Source: an uncultured Actinomycetes bacterium (lineage in GTDB: Bacteria > Actinomycetota > Aquicultoria > Subteraquimicrobiales > CAMTWV01). From it: a DNA stretch of 64,000 nt. Made by a program: the position numbers and the translations under genes. Positions 47,238 to 56,851 of the stretch are shown here, one piece after another (the first letter of the stretch is position 1; every line of letters starts with the position of its first letter). The notes beneath the pieces are model-generated. The model was not told where the DNA came from. It saw nothing but the letters and a program-made list of their open reading frames with translations, and made no database searches. The DNA lies in the NCBI GenBank assembly GCA_947085535.1, contig CAMTWV010000002.1, positions 94,199-158,198 of the forward strand, read 5' to 3'.

Positions 47238-48468
47238 GTTGGCGAATGATTATTGCTGCGTTATGACCACCAAAACCAAAAGAGTTAGACATCGCGCACT
47301 TAATCTCTTTCTTAACTGCTTTGTTTGGCACATAATTGAGATCACACAAGGGGTCGGGATATTCAAGATTTATTGTGGGTGGAACAATCCCATTTTTAAT
47401 TACCAGCGCGCAGGCTATCAATTCAAAAGCACCTGCCGCACCCAGAGCATGGCCAGTCATTGATTTAGTCGAGCTTACTAAAAGCTTATAAGCGTGGTCT
47501 CCAAATATATTTTTGATAGCCATTGTTTCAAACTCGTCATTGTATTGCGTGGAAGTTCCATGAGCATTTATATAATCGATATCTTCAGCTATAAGTCCTA
47601 CTTCATCAAGAGCCTGTTGTATAGCACGAGCAGCACCTTCGCCATCCGGAGAAGGTGAGGTTATGTGATAAGCATCGCCCGTTGCCCCGTAACCAACAAT
47701 TTCACCATAGATATGAGCGTCACGAGAAAGTGCGCTTTCTAAAGTTTCCAAAATTAAAATCCCTGCGCCCTCAGCAATAACAAAACCATCACGCTTGGTA
47801 TCAAAAGGACGACTGGCTTTTTGAGGCTCATCATTTCGAGTTGAGAGTGCTCTTGCCGCACAAAAACCAGCTACTCCTAACGGGGTAACCCCGGCCTCTG
47901 TACCACCTGTAATGCAGATATCAATGGCACCTCGTTTAATGGCTTCAAAAGCTTCCCCGATTGCATGGGTGCCGGAAGCACAAGCAGTGACTGTACAAAG
48001 ATTGATACCCTTTGCGCCCGTAGATATTGAGACATAACCGGCAGCCAAATCGCAAATCATCATGGGTACAAGGAAGGGGCTGACACGCTTAACTCCCTTT
48101 TCGAGTAAGATTTTGTGCTGGGCTTCGAGGGTACCCAGTCCACCGATACCCGAGCCAATAATAACACCTGTCTCATTGGCAATTTCGGGTGTTATTTTTA
48201 ATTTTGCGTCTTCTAAAGCTAATTGGGCGGCTGCCACGGCAAAATGACAGAAGCGGTCCATTCTTCTAATCTCGCGTTCGTCAATGAAGTTTTTAGGCTC
48301 AAAGTCTCTAACCTCACCGGCAATTTGGGATGGATATTCAGAAGCATCAAACAAGGAAATCTTATCAATTCCAGATTTTCCTTCTACCAAAGATTGCCAG
48401 TAAGTATCTTTTCCGATGCCAATTGGGGTAATTGGACCAATGCCTGTAACGACTACTCTTCGATTCAA
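47230..48468 (-). CDS. fabF: 3-oxoacyl-ACP synthase II
   Basis: 412 aa. Active-site Cys in ACASGTHAIG, His-His motifs, C-terminal GFGGHN. Confidence 0.95.
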   Translation of the reverse strand: MNRRVVVTGIGPITPIGIGKDTYWQSLVEGKSGIDKISLFDASEYPSQIAGEVRDFEPKNFIDEREIRRMDRFCHFAVAAAQLALEDAKLKITPEIANETGVIIGSGIGGLGTLEAQHKILLEKGVKRVSPFLVPMMICDLAAGYVSISTGAKGINLCTVTACASGTHAIGEAFEAIKRGAIDICITGGTEAGVTPLGVAGFCAARALSTRNDEPQKASRPFDTKRDGFVIAEGAGILILETLESALSRDAHIYGEIVGYGATGDAYHITSPSPDGEGAARAIQQALDEVGLIAEDIDYINAHGTSTQYNDEFETMAIKNIFGDHAYKLLVSSTKSMTGHALGAAGAFELIACALVIKNGIVPPTINLEYPDPLCDLNYVPNKAVKKEIKCAMSNSFGFGGHNAAIIIRQLD

Positions 48469-49445
48469 TTTCTACCCATCCTTGAAGCCGCTTCATTAAA
48501 CTCGTTAATTAAATTCGCCATTATTTCCTTAACAGAAAGAACTTCTTTAATCTCAGACACTCTTTCGCCAATGGTAAAGAGACCTTTTATTACGTCTCCT
48601 TGCTGGGCTTTTTCGAGAGCCTCGATTATGCAGTAGTTTTTCTTGCAATCCTGCAAACATTGGCGGCATCTGACAAGGGTATCTTTGCCAGGAATAGGAA
48701 CTTTCCCTTCCCTTAAGTTTTTAACAAATGTGCTTACGACTGCCCTAAAAGGCATTCCGACAGGACTTTCAATTATCGTAACATTTTCTTTTTCTGCTTC
48801 TAAACAAATCTTTTTCCATTCATCGGCGCCGCTTGCTTCTTTACTTAAAGAAAATCTTGTCCCCATCTGTACACCCTTAGCACCCAAACTTAGTGCTTTG
48901 GCTATGTCGAATCCGCCAATTATTCCGCCTGCAGCAATTAACGGTAACTTCACGCTATTTATAATCTCAGGCAATATGGAAAAGAGTGTTTTGTCTGTGC
49001 CAAGATGTCCGCCTGCCTCAAAACCTTCAATTATAATAGCGGGTGGATCAAATTTTTCTGCCAATTTAGCTGCTTTCAATGACGAAACAACAGGTAAAAA
49101 TGGTATGTTTGCTTCGCGACAACGTTTAAAGGCTTCGCGCGAAAACCCGGCGCCTGAAACCACCAAATCGACTTTTTCCCTGATTGAAGTCTCGAGAAGG
49201 TCGCTAAAGTTTTTTAGAGCCACCATGATATTCACGCCAATTATTCTGTCAGTTAACAAACGAGCCTCTCTGATATGTTTAGCAAGCTCATTGCTTTTTA
49301 ACCCTGAACCGGCTATTAACCCAATGCCTCCTTCATTAGCTACAGCAGCAGCAAGTGGTGCTAACGAAATTCTAACCGCCATACCTCCTTGTATAACTGG
49401 AAGTGGCGCTTCTAAATTTCCAATTTTTAAAGTAGGAAGTTTCAC
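48465..49445 (-). CDS. fabK: FabK-type enoyl-ACP reductase II / nitronate-monooxygenase-fold flavoprotein with a 4-Cys motif
   Basis: 326 aa. VIQGGMA, GGIGLI and AAGGI motifs of the NMO/FabK fold, placed inside the fab cluster. C260-x2-C263-x3-C267-x4-C272 motif near the C-terminus. Confidence 0.78.
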   Translation of the reverse strand: MKLPTLKIGNLEAPLPVIQGGMAVRISLAPLAAAVANEGGIGLIAGSGLKSNELAKHIREARLLTDRIIGVNIMVALKNFSDLLETSIREKVDLVVSGAGFSREAFKRCREANIPFLPVVSSLKAAKLAEKFDPPAIIIEGFEAGGHLGTDKTLFSILPEIINSVKLPLIAAGGIIGGFDIAKALSLGAKGVQMGTRFSLSKEASGADEWKKICLEAEKENVTIIESPVGMPFRAVVSTFVKNLREGKVPIPGKDTLVRCRQCLQDCKKNYCIIEALEKAQQGDVIKGLFTIGERVSEIKEVLSVKEIMANLINEFNEAASRMGRN

Positions 49446-49462
49446 TTTTTTCTCCTGTTTAA

Positions 49463-49699
49463 CTATTGTTTTTTGCTTTCGATGTAATTAACAGCATCGC
49501 CAACGGTGACAATCTTTTCAGCATCTTCGTCAGAAATTTCGATGCCAAATGATTCCTCGAGAGCCATTACAAGCTCAACAATATCGAGCGAATCAGCACC
49601 AAGGTCGTCAACAAAGGCTGTTTTTTCAGTGACTTCACTTACCTCCACACTTAGTTGGTCAGCAATTATATCCTTTACTTTTTCAAAAATAGCCGACAT
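49463..49699 (-). CDS. acpP: Acyl carrier protein
   Basis: 78 aa. [11 protein letters not shown] phosphopantetheine attachment site. Confidence 0.97.
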   Translation of the reverse strand: MSAIFEKVKDIIADQLSVEVSEVTEKTAFVDDLGADSLDIVELVMALEESFGIEISDEDAEKIVTVGDAVNYIESKKQ

Positions 49700-49757
49700 A
49701 AATTCACCTCCTTATCTAACAGAAATTGCAAATTGACTTTTGACTTCCAACTACCTA

Positions 49758-50504
49758 TTAGGTAACCATTCCACCATCAATCTGAATGACCTGGCCTGTG
49801 ATATAGCCCGATTCATCAGAGGCAAGAAAAGCAACTAAATTTGCCACATCTTCGGGTTGACCAAATCTGCCAAGCGGAATTTGTTTATTTATAGCACTTC
49901 TTGTGTCCTCGGAAAGCTTTTGAGTCATTTCTGTTTCAATAAAACCAGGAGCTACAGCGTTAGCCCTGACTCCTCTTGAAGCCATTTCTCGAGCGATTGT
50001 CTTGGTTAAACCAATAACCCCGGCTTTTGAAGCCGAGTAATTTGCTTGGCCAGGGTTTCCAGTGATTCCAACAACAGAAGCTATGTTAATAATATTCCCG
50101 CTTCGCTGTTTCATCATATATTTACTCACTGCCTGACTGCAATTAAAGGTGCCTTTAAGATTAACAGTTAAAACAGCATCCCAATCTTCTTCTTTCATCC
50201 GAACAAGAAGATTGTCGCGAGTAATCCCGGCATTGTTAACGAGAATATCAATTTTACCAAACTTTTCAATTATGCTCTCGATAAGTGAATTTGCTTCATC
50301 GAGTTTCGCGACATTTGCTTTTATAAAAACAGCTTCGCTTCCCATCTTTTTTATTTGTTCGACCAGTTCTTGAGCTAACTCTTCATTTCTTATAGCATTT
50401 ACAACTATGTTTGCGCCTAACTCGGCTAATTTTAAGCAAATTGCTTTGCCAATTCCGCGAGCGCCTCCTGTAACGAGAACCACTCTACCAGTAAGTTCAG
50501 GCAT
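49758..50504 (-). CDS. fabG: 3-oxoacyl-ACP reductase
   Basis: 248 aa. SDR family, TGGARGIGKA and YSASKAG motifs. Confidence 0.93.
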   Translation of the reverse strand: MPELTGRVVLVTGGARGIGKAICLKLAELGANIVVNAIRNEELAQELVEQIKKMGSEAVFIKANVAKLDEANSLIESIIEKFGKIDILVNNAGITRDNLLVRMKEEDWDAVLTVNLKGTFNCSQAVSKYMMKQRSGNIINIASVVGITGNPGQANYSASKAGVIGLTKTIAREMASRGVRANAVAPGFIETEMTQKLSEDTRSAINKQIPLGRFGQPEDVANLVAFLASDESGYITGQVIQIDGGMVT

Positions 50505-50506
50505 TT

Positions 50507-51460
50507 TTAATACTCCTTTCTTAAAAAATCAATCGTTTTTTGAAGCGATTCGCTATCTTCAACATTTAAAATTGTACAATCAGTAGAAATTCTTTTCACT
50601 AAACCTGAAAGAATTTTACCGGGTCCTACTTCAATAAAGATATTAGCCATTTTAAGCATCTTGTTTACTGATTGCTGCCACTTAACAGAACCTGTAATTT
50701 GTTTTCTAAGAGTCTCTTTGATTGTCTCTGGCTCTACAGAAACCTCTGCCGTGTAGTTTGAGATAACAGGAATCCTTGCTTTCTTAAATAATGCCTTATC
50801 TAAAAATTCACCAAATTCGTTCTCAGCTTTTTTCATTAGTGGAGAATGAAAACCTCCACTAACTGCTAATTTTACTACACGTTTTGCTCCTGCTTCATTA
50901 AAAAATTTAATCGATTCGTTTATAACTTTTGATTCGCCTGACACAATTATCTGACCAGGAGAATTGTAATTAGCTATGGTGATAACACCCTCGTCTTTTA
51001 AAGACGCGGTAACTTTTTCAACTTTTTCTTCTTCGAGCCCTAAAACAGCAATCATTTCACCGTATTTTCCAGAAGTCGAGCTTGTTGCAGCTTTTTGCAT
51101 TAATTCTGCTCGCTTCATAACTAATTTTAAGCCATCATTGAAATTAAAGGCATCAGCCACAGCTAAAGCTGTGTATTCGCCAAGACTATGTCCTGCCATA
51201 ACCTCAGGAATTATACCTTCTTTAGCAAGAAGCATCCAGGCAGCAAAGCTAACTAAAAAAATGGCAGGCTGGGCATTTATAGTTTCAGTTAGTTTTTCAA
51301 TCGGTCCATTAAAGCATAACTCTTTTAAATCAAAGTTTAAAATTTCATTTGCCTGCAAAAACAAATCTTTAATCTCAGGATAATTTTTATATAAATCTAA
51401 TCCCATTCCCACATATTGTGAGCCCTGACCTGGAAATACTAAAGCAATTCCTTTTTTCAA
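50507..51460 (-). CDS. fabD: Malonyl-CoA:ACP transacylase
   Basis: 317 aa. FPGQGSQ and GHSLGEY motifs. Confidence 0.94.
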   Translation of the reverse strand: MKKGIALVFPGQGSQYVGMGLDLYKNYPEIKDLFLQANEILNFDLKELCFNGPIEKLTETINAQPAIFLVSFAAWMLLAKEGIIPEVMAGHSLGEYTALAVADAFNFNDGLKLVMKRAELMQKAATSSTSGKYGEMIAVLGLEEEKVEKVTASLKDEGVITIANYNSPGQIIVSGESKVINESIKFFNEAGAKRVVKLAVSGGFHSPLMKKAENEFGEFLDKALFKKARIPVISNYTAEVSVEPETIKETLRKQITGSVKWQQSVNKMLKMANIFIEVGPGKILSGLVKRISTDCTILNVEDSESLQKTIDFLRKEY

Positions 51461-52645
51461 CTAAGAACACCTTGTCTCTTTAAGTTTAGAAATTAAAACA
51501 GGGACGACCTCAAATAAATCGCCCACTATCCCATAATTGGCTACACTAAAGATAGGAGCATCTGGGTCTTTATTAATAGCCACAATTGTCTCTGATGTTT
51601 GCATGCCAGCTAAATGCTGAATTGCACCCGATATACCACAGGCGATGTATAATTTAGGACAAACTGTCTTTCCTGTTTGTCCAACTTGATGAGAGTAAGG
51701 TATCCACTCGGCGTCAACAGCTGCTCTTGAAGCACCAACTGCAGCGTTCAAAAGAGAGGCAAATTCCTTGATTAGTTTAAAATTATCAGCTTTCCCTAAA
51801 CCTCGACCGCCAGAAACGATAACATCTGCTTCCTCAAGTTTTACTTTCTCGGTTAAATCTTCGACAAAATTAAGGACATTTATTTTTGAAGAAAGATTTT
51901 TTGGTTCGAATTTAATAATTTCACCTTGCCGCGAACTTGAAAAGTCAAGCTTTTTCATTACACGAGGCCGAACAGTTGCCATTTGCGGTCTTTTATTAGG
52001 ACAAACAATTGTAGCCATGATGTTTCCACCGAAAGCCGGTCGGGTTTGAAGAAGTAATCTGTTTTTTAAATCAATTTCAAGTCCAGTGCAATCAGCAGTT
52101 AAACCTGTTTTTAAGATAGCAGCAATCTTGGGAGCAATTGATCTTCCAACAACTGTTGCTCCAAAAAGCACAGTCTCTGGCTTATATTGATTAATTAAAT
52201 CAACCATGACTTGTGCGTAGGCATCGTCAAGGTGATCTTTTAATAAGTCATCCTCAACAAGAAAAACCTTATCAGCTCCATGACCAATTAATTTGTCCGT
52301 TCCATCTTTTATGTTTTTCCCTAAAAGAACCGCTGCGAGATAAGTTCCTAACGAATCGGCTAACTTCCTTCCTTCCCCTAAAAGCTCATAAACAACAGAA
52401 GCAATATTTTTGTTTCTTTGCTCGGTAAAAACCCAAATTCCATTATACCCAGAGGTATCCTCAATTTTTCTTTTGTCTTCAATAACAATGGCATTAGACT
52501 TGCAAACCTCCACACAAGCTCCGCACAAGTTGCAATTTGCTTCAATAATTGCTTTTTTTTCAAATACTTTAATGGCTTGATAGGGACAGCTTTTTACACA
52601 GAGTTTGCAGCCATTACATTTTTCAAGAATTACCTTGATTGACAT
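51461..52645 (-). CDS. etfA: Electron transfer flavoprotein alpha subunit with an N-terminal 2x[4Fe-4S] ferredoxin domain
   Basis: 394 aa. CNGCKLCVKSCP and CNLCGACVEVCK cluster motifs in the first ~60 aa, then the EtfA core (SRAAVDAEW, QVGQTGK, YIACGISGAIQH). Confidence 0.9.
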   Translation of the reverse strand: MSIKVILEKCNGCKLCVKSCPYQAIKVFEKKAIIEANCNLCGACVEVCKSNAIVIEDKRKIEDTSGYNGIWVFTEQRNKNIASVVYELLGEGRKLADSLGTYLAAVLLGKNIKDGTDKLIGHGADKVFLVEDDLLKDHLDDAYAQVMVDLINQYKPETVLFGATVVGRSIAPKIAAILKTGLTADCTGLEIDLKNRLLLQTRPAFGGNIMATIVCPNKRPQMATVRPRVMKKLDFSSSRQGEIIKFEPKNLSSKINVLNFVEDLTEKVKLEEADVIVSGGRGLGKADNFKLIKEFASLLNAAVGASRAAVDAEWIPYSHQVGQTGKTVCPKLYIACGISGAIQHLAGMQTSETIVAINKDPDAPIFSVANYGIVGDLFEVVPVLISKLKETRCS

Positions 52646-52646
52646 T

Positions 52647-53432
52647 TTAAATTAACCTACCTTGTTTTAATTTATCAATTAAAGTGTCGACCTGAGTTTC
52701 TAAGTTACCTTGAAGCATTCCACCTTTTTGGTGTCTTTCAGGAGTAAAAATTTTAATCACCTGAGTGGGTGAACCGGCTAAACCAACTTTATCTTTTTTA
52801 GCGTCTATATCTTGATGGTTCCAAATGGTAACTTGGGCACTTTTTGCCTTCATCATTCCCTTGAGCGAAGGAAGACGGGGCTCATTTATTTCCTTAACTA
52901 CAGTAATTAGACCTGGAAGAGGCATTCCAATAACTTCATAACCTTCTTCAACCATTCTTTCAACCACAATCTTATTTTCATTAATTTCTTCAACTTTTTT
53001 AACAAAAGTGACATAGGGAATGGAAAGAAAATGAGCAAGCTCGGGACCAACTTGGCCAGTGTCACCATCCATAGTTTGTTTACCACAAATTATAAGGTCA
53101 AATGAACCGATTTTTTCGATGGTTTTAGAGAGAGTATATGAAGTTGCCAGAGTATCGGCACCCGCAAACGCTCTATCGCTCAAAAGTATGGCTTCATCTG
53201 CTCCTACTGTAAGAGCATCACGTAAAACTTGCTCGGCTTGAGGAGGTCCCATAGTAATTACGGTAACTTTCCCACCCACACGCTCTTTTAATCTAACTCC
53301 CTCTTCAAGAGCGTATGTGTCAAAAGGATTGATGATACTATCGACTCCCTGTCTTATGAGAGTATTTGTGTTAGGGTCAATTTTTACTTCGGTTGTTCCA
53401 GGAACTTGCTTAATGCAAACAATAATTTCCAT
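52647..53432 (-). CDS. etfB: Electron transfer flavoprotein beta subunit
   Basis: 261 aa. MEIIVCIKQVP N-terminus and LIICGKQTMDGDTGQVGP motif. Confidence 0.9.
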   Translation of the reverse strand: MEIIVCIKQVPGTTEVKIDPNTNTLIRQGVDSIINPFDTYALEEGVRLKERVGGKVTVITMGPPQAEQVLRDALTVGADEAILLSDRAFAGADTLATSYTLSKTIEKIGSFDLIICGKQTMDGDTGQVGPELAHFLSIPYVTFVKKVEEINENKIVVERMVEEGYEVIGMPLPGLITVVKEINEPRLPSLKGMMKAKSAQVTIWNHQDIDAKKDKVGLAGSPTQVIKIFTPERHQKGGMLQGNLETQVDTLIDKLKQGRLI

Positions 53433-53450
53433 TTTGACTTCCTTTGGTCA

Positions 53451-54611
53451 CTAATTTGCTGTCAGAGTGCTTTCTTTAATTAGCTGAAGCGCAATAACAT
53501 TTCTTTGAATTTGATTAGTGCCTTCATATATCTGAATAATTTTTGCATCCCGCATCATTTTTTCGACAGGATATTCTCGCATGTAACCATATCCACCAAA
53601 AATCTGAACAGCATCAACTGTTATTTTCATAGCCACATCGGAAGCAAAAACTTTTGCCATAGCCGAAATTTTAGAGACATCTTTTGCCCCTGCATCTATG
53701 GATTTTGCCACTTGGTAAACCAAAGCCCTCGCAGCTTCAATTTCTGTAGCCATATCAGCTAACATATGCTGAATAGCCTGAAAAGAAGAAATTGATTGGC
53801 CAAACTGCACTCGCTGACGGGAGTAATTCAAAGTAGCTTCGAGAGCACCCGCAGCTAATCCCACAGCTTGAGCACCTATGCCAGGACGCGTCACATCCAG
53901 TGTTTTCATAGCAACAATAAAGCCAAGTCCTTCTTTCCCGATTAAGTTTTCGGCCGGTATTTTACAATTTTCAAAAATAAGTTCTCTTGTGGCTGAAGCT
54001 CTGATACCAAGTTTTTTTTCTTTCTTGCCAAAAGAAAACCCAGGGATTCCTTTTTCAACAATAAAAGCACTCGCTCCACGAGCACCTTTGCTTTTGTCTG
54101 TTAAAGCAATAATTGTGTATATTTCGGCTTCTCCGCCATTAGTTATCCATTGCTTTGTTCCATTCAATATATAGTAATCGCCTTCGCGAACTGCGTTTGT
54201 TTGGATGCCACCAGCGTCGCTTCCTGCGTTTGCTTCCGTTAAACCAAATGCTGCTAATTTTGTTCCCTTAGCAACGTCAGGTAAGTACTTCTTTTTTTGC
54301 TCGTCAGAACCAAAAAGAAGAATGGGATAAGCTCCTAACGCGCTTGCCGCATAACTCACCGAAACACCGCAACAACCTCGGCTCAATTCTTCCATGACTA
54401 AACAATTCTCAAAACAGCCCATCCCGAAACCTCCATATTCTTCCGGGACGTATAAGCCAAATAAATCTGACTCGGCTAAAATTTTAAGTATTTCCCAGGG
54501 AAACTCTTCTTTCTCGTCGAGTTCGGCTCGCGCTGGGATTATTTTTTCTTCAGTAATTCTTCTTGCTAAATCCTTAATCATTCTTTGCTCATCAGTTAAG
54601 AAATAATCCAT
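53451..54611 (-). CDS. Acyl-CoA dehydrogenase (butyryl-CoA dehydrogenase-like)
   Basis: 386 aa. GLTEANAGSD, QWITNG and the C-terminal catalytic-Glu context IYEGTNQIQR. Confidence 0.9.
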   Translation of the reverse strand: MDYFLTDEQRMIKDLARRITEEKIIPARAELDEKEEFPWEILKILAESDLFGLYVPEEYGGFGMGCFENCLVMEELSRGCCGVSVSYAASALGAYPILLFGSDEQKKKYLPDVAKGTKLAAFGLTEANAGSDAGGIQTNAVREGDYYILNGTKQWITNGGEAEIYTIIALTDKSKGARGASAFIVEKGIPGFSFGKKEKKLGIRASATRELIFENCKIPAENLIGKEGLGFIVAMKTLDVTRPGIGAQAVGLAAGALEATLNYSRQRVQFGQSISSFQAIQHMLADMATEIEAARALVYQVAKSIDAGAKDVSKISAMAKVFASDVAMKITVDAVQIFGGYGYMREYPVEKMMRDAKIIQIYEGTNQIQRNVIALQLIKESTLTAN

Positions 54612-54626
54612 ACCTTTGACCCCTCT

Positions 54627-55646
54627 CTATTTAAAATTTTTATGCCATCTAATAACATTGGCTCCCCAAGTTAAACCTCCTCCAAATCCAACGGAAAGAA
54701 CAATATTGCCTTTTATTAGTTTTCCGGCTGCCCAGAGCTCGTAAAGAGCTATTGGGATGGAGGCCGAGGAAGTATTTCCATACTTATTAATATTACTGAC
54801 AACTTTTGAAGAGTCTATTTTTAATCTTTCGACTGCGACATCAATAATTCTCTGATTTGCCTGATGCGGGATTAAAAAATCAATATCTCCAACTTTCAAA
54901 TTTGCTTTTTTAAGTGCTATTTTAGCTGCACGAGGAAGCACTTTGACGGCAAATTTAAAAATTTCATTTCCGCTCATATGGATGTAATGTAAATTATTTT
55001 TAACTGTTTCACTGCTGGTTGGGAGCATTGCGCCACCAGCAGGGATTTTTAAAAGGTCGCCTCGAGTGCCATCTGCTGATAAGTAATTTGATAAAATACC
55101 GTAACCTGGCTCCACTTCTTGCAAAACAACTGCTCCAGCCCCATCGCCAAAAAGCACACAGGTATTTTTATCTTTCCAATTGACAAAACGAGTAATGGCT
55201 TCAGCGCCGATTAGAAGAACTGTTTTATAAGTGCCGGTGGCAACAAAGCTTGAAGCCACGGCTAAACCATAACTAAAACCTGTGCATGCAGCCTGTAAAT
55301 CAAAAGCAGGACAACCTTTGATACCCATTTTTTGCTGGGCAACACAAGCAGTTGAAGGAAAAATCATGTCAGGCGAACCAGTGGCAACAATAATCAACTC
55401 AACATCTTTAGGACTTACATTTGCATCTTCTAATGCTTTTAAACCAGCTTCAGCAGCTAAATCCGAAGTAGACAAATCATCGGCTATGATGTGTCTTTCT
55501 GATATCCCTGTTCGACTGCGTATCCACTCATCACTGGTTTCAACCATTTTTTCTAAATCATGGTTATTAAGTATTCTTTCCGGAATTGATACACCAATTC
55601 CTGTAATACCAACCGGAATTAAAATTAGATTTTTCATTTGCAACAT
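54627..55646 (-). CDS. fabH: 3-oxoacyl-ACP synthase III
   Basis: Active-site Cys in ACTGFSYGL, plus HQAN and GNTSSASIP motifs. An alternative start ATG at 55635-55637 gives MKNLIL. Confidence 0.93.
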   Translation of the reverse strand: MLQMKNLILIPVGITGIGVSIPERILNNHDLEKMVETSDEWIRSRTGISERHIIADDLSTSDLAAEAGLKALEDANVSPKDVELIIVATGSPDMIFPSTACVAQQKMGIKGCPAFDLQAACTGFSYGLAVASSFVATGTYKTVLLIGAEAITRFVNWKDKNTCVLFGDGAGAVVLQEVEPGYGILSNYLSADGTRGDLLKIPAGGAMLPTSSETVKNNLHYIHMSGNEIFKFAVKVLPRAAKIALKKANLKVGDIDFLIPHQANQRIIDVAVERLKIDSSKVVSNINKYGNTSSASIPIALYELWAAGKLIKGNIVLSVGFGGGLTWGANVIRWHKNFK

Positions 55647-55648
55647 CC

Positions 55649-56656
55649 TTAAGAACTTTTTAGAGATTCCTTAATTTCACCGATTAGGTTTTCCTGGATA
55701 GTTTTAGCGGCTACTTTTATGGCATTCTTTATTGCTTTGCTGCTTGAGCTTCCGTGACTGATGATGCAAACTCCGTCTACACCGAGAAGTTGTGCTCCGC
55801 CATACTCTTCATAATCGAGTTGTTTGATTAATTTTTTAAGTCCAGGTTTTAAAAGTAAAGCGCCGATTTTAGAAATCAATGACCCTTCAGCGGTTAATCT
55901 TATTTGCTTAAAAATGGTGCTGGCTAATCCTTCCATTAGCTTTAAAACAACATTTCCTGTAAAACCGTCACAAACACATATGTCAACTTTACCTTTAGGA
56001 ATATCGTTGCCTTCCACATTGCCAAAAAAGTTTAATTGTGATGCGGTGAGAAGTTTATGAGCAGCAACAGTAATTTCATTTCCTTTGCTTTTTTCTTCTC
56101 CAATACTTAAGAGTCCAACAGTCGGATTTTCAATGTTAAGAATTTTTTTAGCAAAAAGACTACCCATCTGGGCAAATCGTACTAAGTGTTCGGGTTTACA
56201 GTCAGCTGTAGCTCCAACATCTAAAATCACCACTGGTTTATAGGGTGTAGGAACAACAATGGCAATAGCCGGCCGCGAAATTCCTTTTATACGCCCATAA
56301 GTAAGCAAAGCTGCGCTGACCACAGCTCCTGTGTTTCCTGCAGAGAGAAAAGCGTGTACCTTACCTTCTTTTACCAATCTGGTACCGACAACAATAGATG
56401 AGTTGCTTTTTGAACGGACAGACCACGCTGCTTCTTCGCCCATTTCGATAACATCAGATGCTGTCTGAACTTCAAGATTTGGTAGTTTACTAAAGCGGTT
56501 TAGCTCTGCCTGAATAGCCGATAGTTCTCCAACTAAAATTACTTTTAAATTTTTTAACTCTAAAGCTGCCCTATGTGCACCTTTTACAATTTCGTGAGGC
56601 GCATGGTCGCCTCCCATAGCGTCTACAGCAATTATTAAATTATTTTCCTCTGGCAT
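55649..56656 (-). CDS. plsX: Phosphate acyltransferase PlsX
   Basis: 335 aa. IAVDAMGGDHAP N-terminus and GxxGNV motifs. Confidence 0.95.
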   Translation of the reverse strand: MPEENNLIIAVDAMGGDHAPHEIVKGAHRAALELKNLKVILVGELSAIQAELNRFSKLPNLEVQTASDVIEMGEEAAWSVRSKSNSSIVVGTRLVKEGKVHAFLSAGNTGAVVSAALLTYGRIKGISRPAIAIVVPTPYKPVVILDVGATADCKPEHLVRFAQMGSLFAKKILNIENPTVGLLSIGEEKSKGNEITVAAHKLLTASQLNFFGNVEGNDIPKGKVDICVCDGFTGNVVLKLMEGLASTIFKQIRLTAEGSLISKIGALLLKPGLKKLIKQLDYEEYGGAQLLGVDGVCIISHGSSSSKAIKNAIKVAAKTIQENLIGEIKESLKSS

Positions 56657-56674
56657 ATCAAACCTCTTTAAGGT

Positions 56675-56851
56675 TTATTCAACCTCGATTACCTTTTTAC
56701 CATCATAATAACCGCAATTTGGACAAATATGATGTGGTAATTTTGACTGGTGACATTGAGGACAATTTGAAAGAGTAGGCTCGGTAGCACGCCAGTTTGC
56801 TCTTCGCTTATCTCTTCTTGCTTTAGATGTTTTTCTTTTTGGTACAGCCAT
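56675..56851 (-). CDS. rpmF: 50S ribosomal protein L32
   Basis: MAVPKRKTSKARRDKRR N-terminus and a CPQC...CPNCG zinc ribbon. The ATG at 56849-56851 has GGAAGGAG 8 nt upstream; the ORF-track TTG at 56869 is less likely. Confidence 0.95.
   Translation of the reverse strand: MAVPKRKTSKARRDKRRANWRATEPTLSNCPQCHQSKLPHHICPNCGYYDGKKVIEVE

Noticed and set aside
48643-49491. Long plus-strand ORFs antisense to conserved genes, e.g. 282 aa at 48643-49491. Others are at 1630-2118, 19121-19654, 39321-39800, 24340-24741, 46158-46541 and 55282-55674.
   Set aside because: Each lies entirely inside a well-supported minus-strand gene (fabK, rodZ, infB, rimM, ispG, smc, fabH). Their translations are low-complexity and Ser/Phe/Ile-rich with no recognisable motifs. 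They are typical shadow ORFs in an AT-rich genome.
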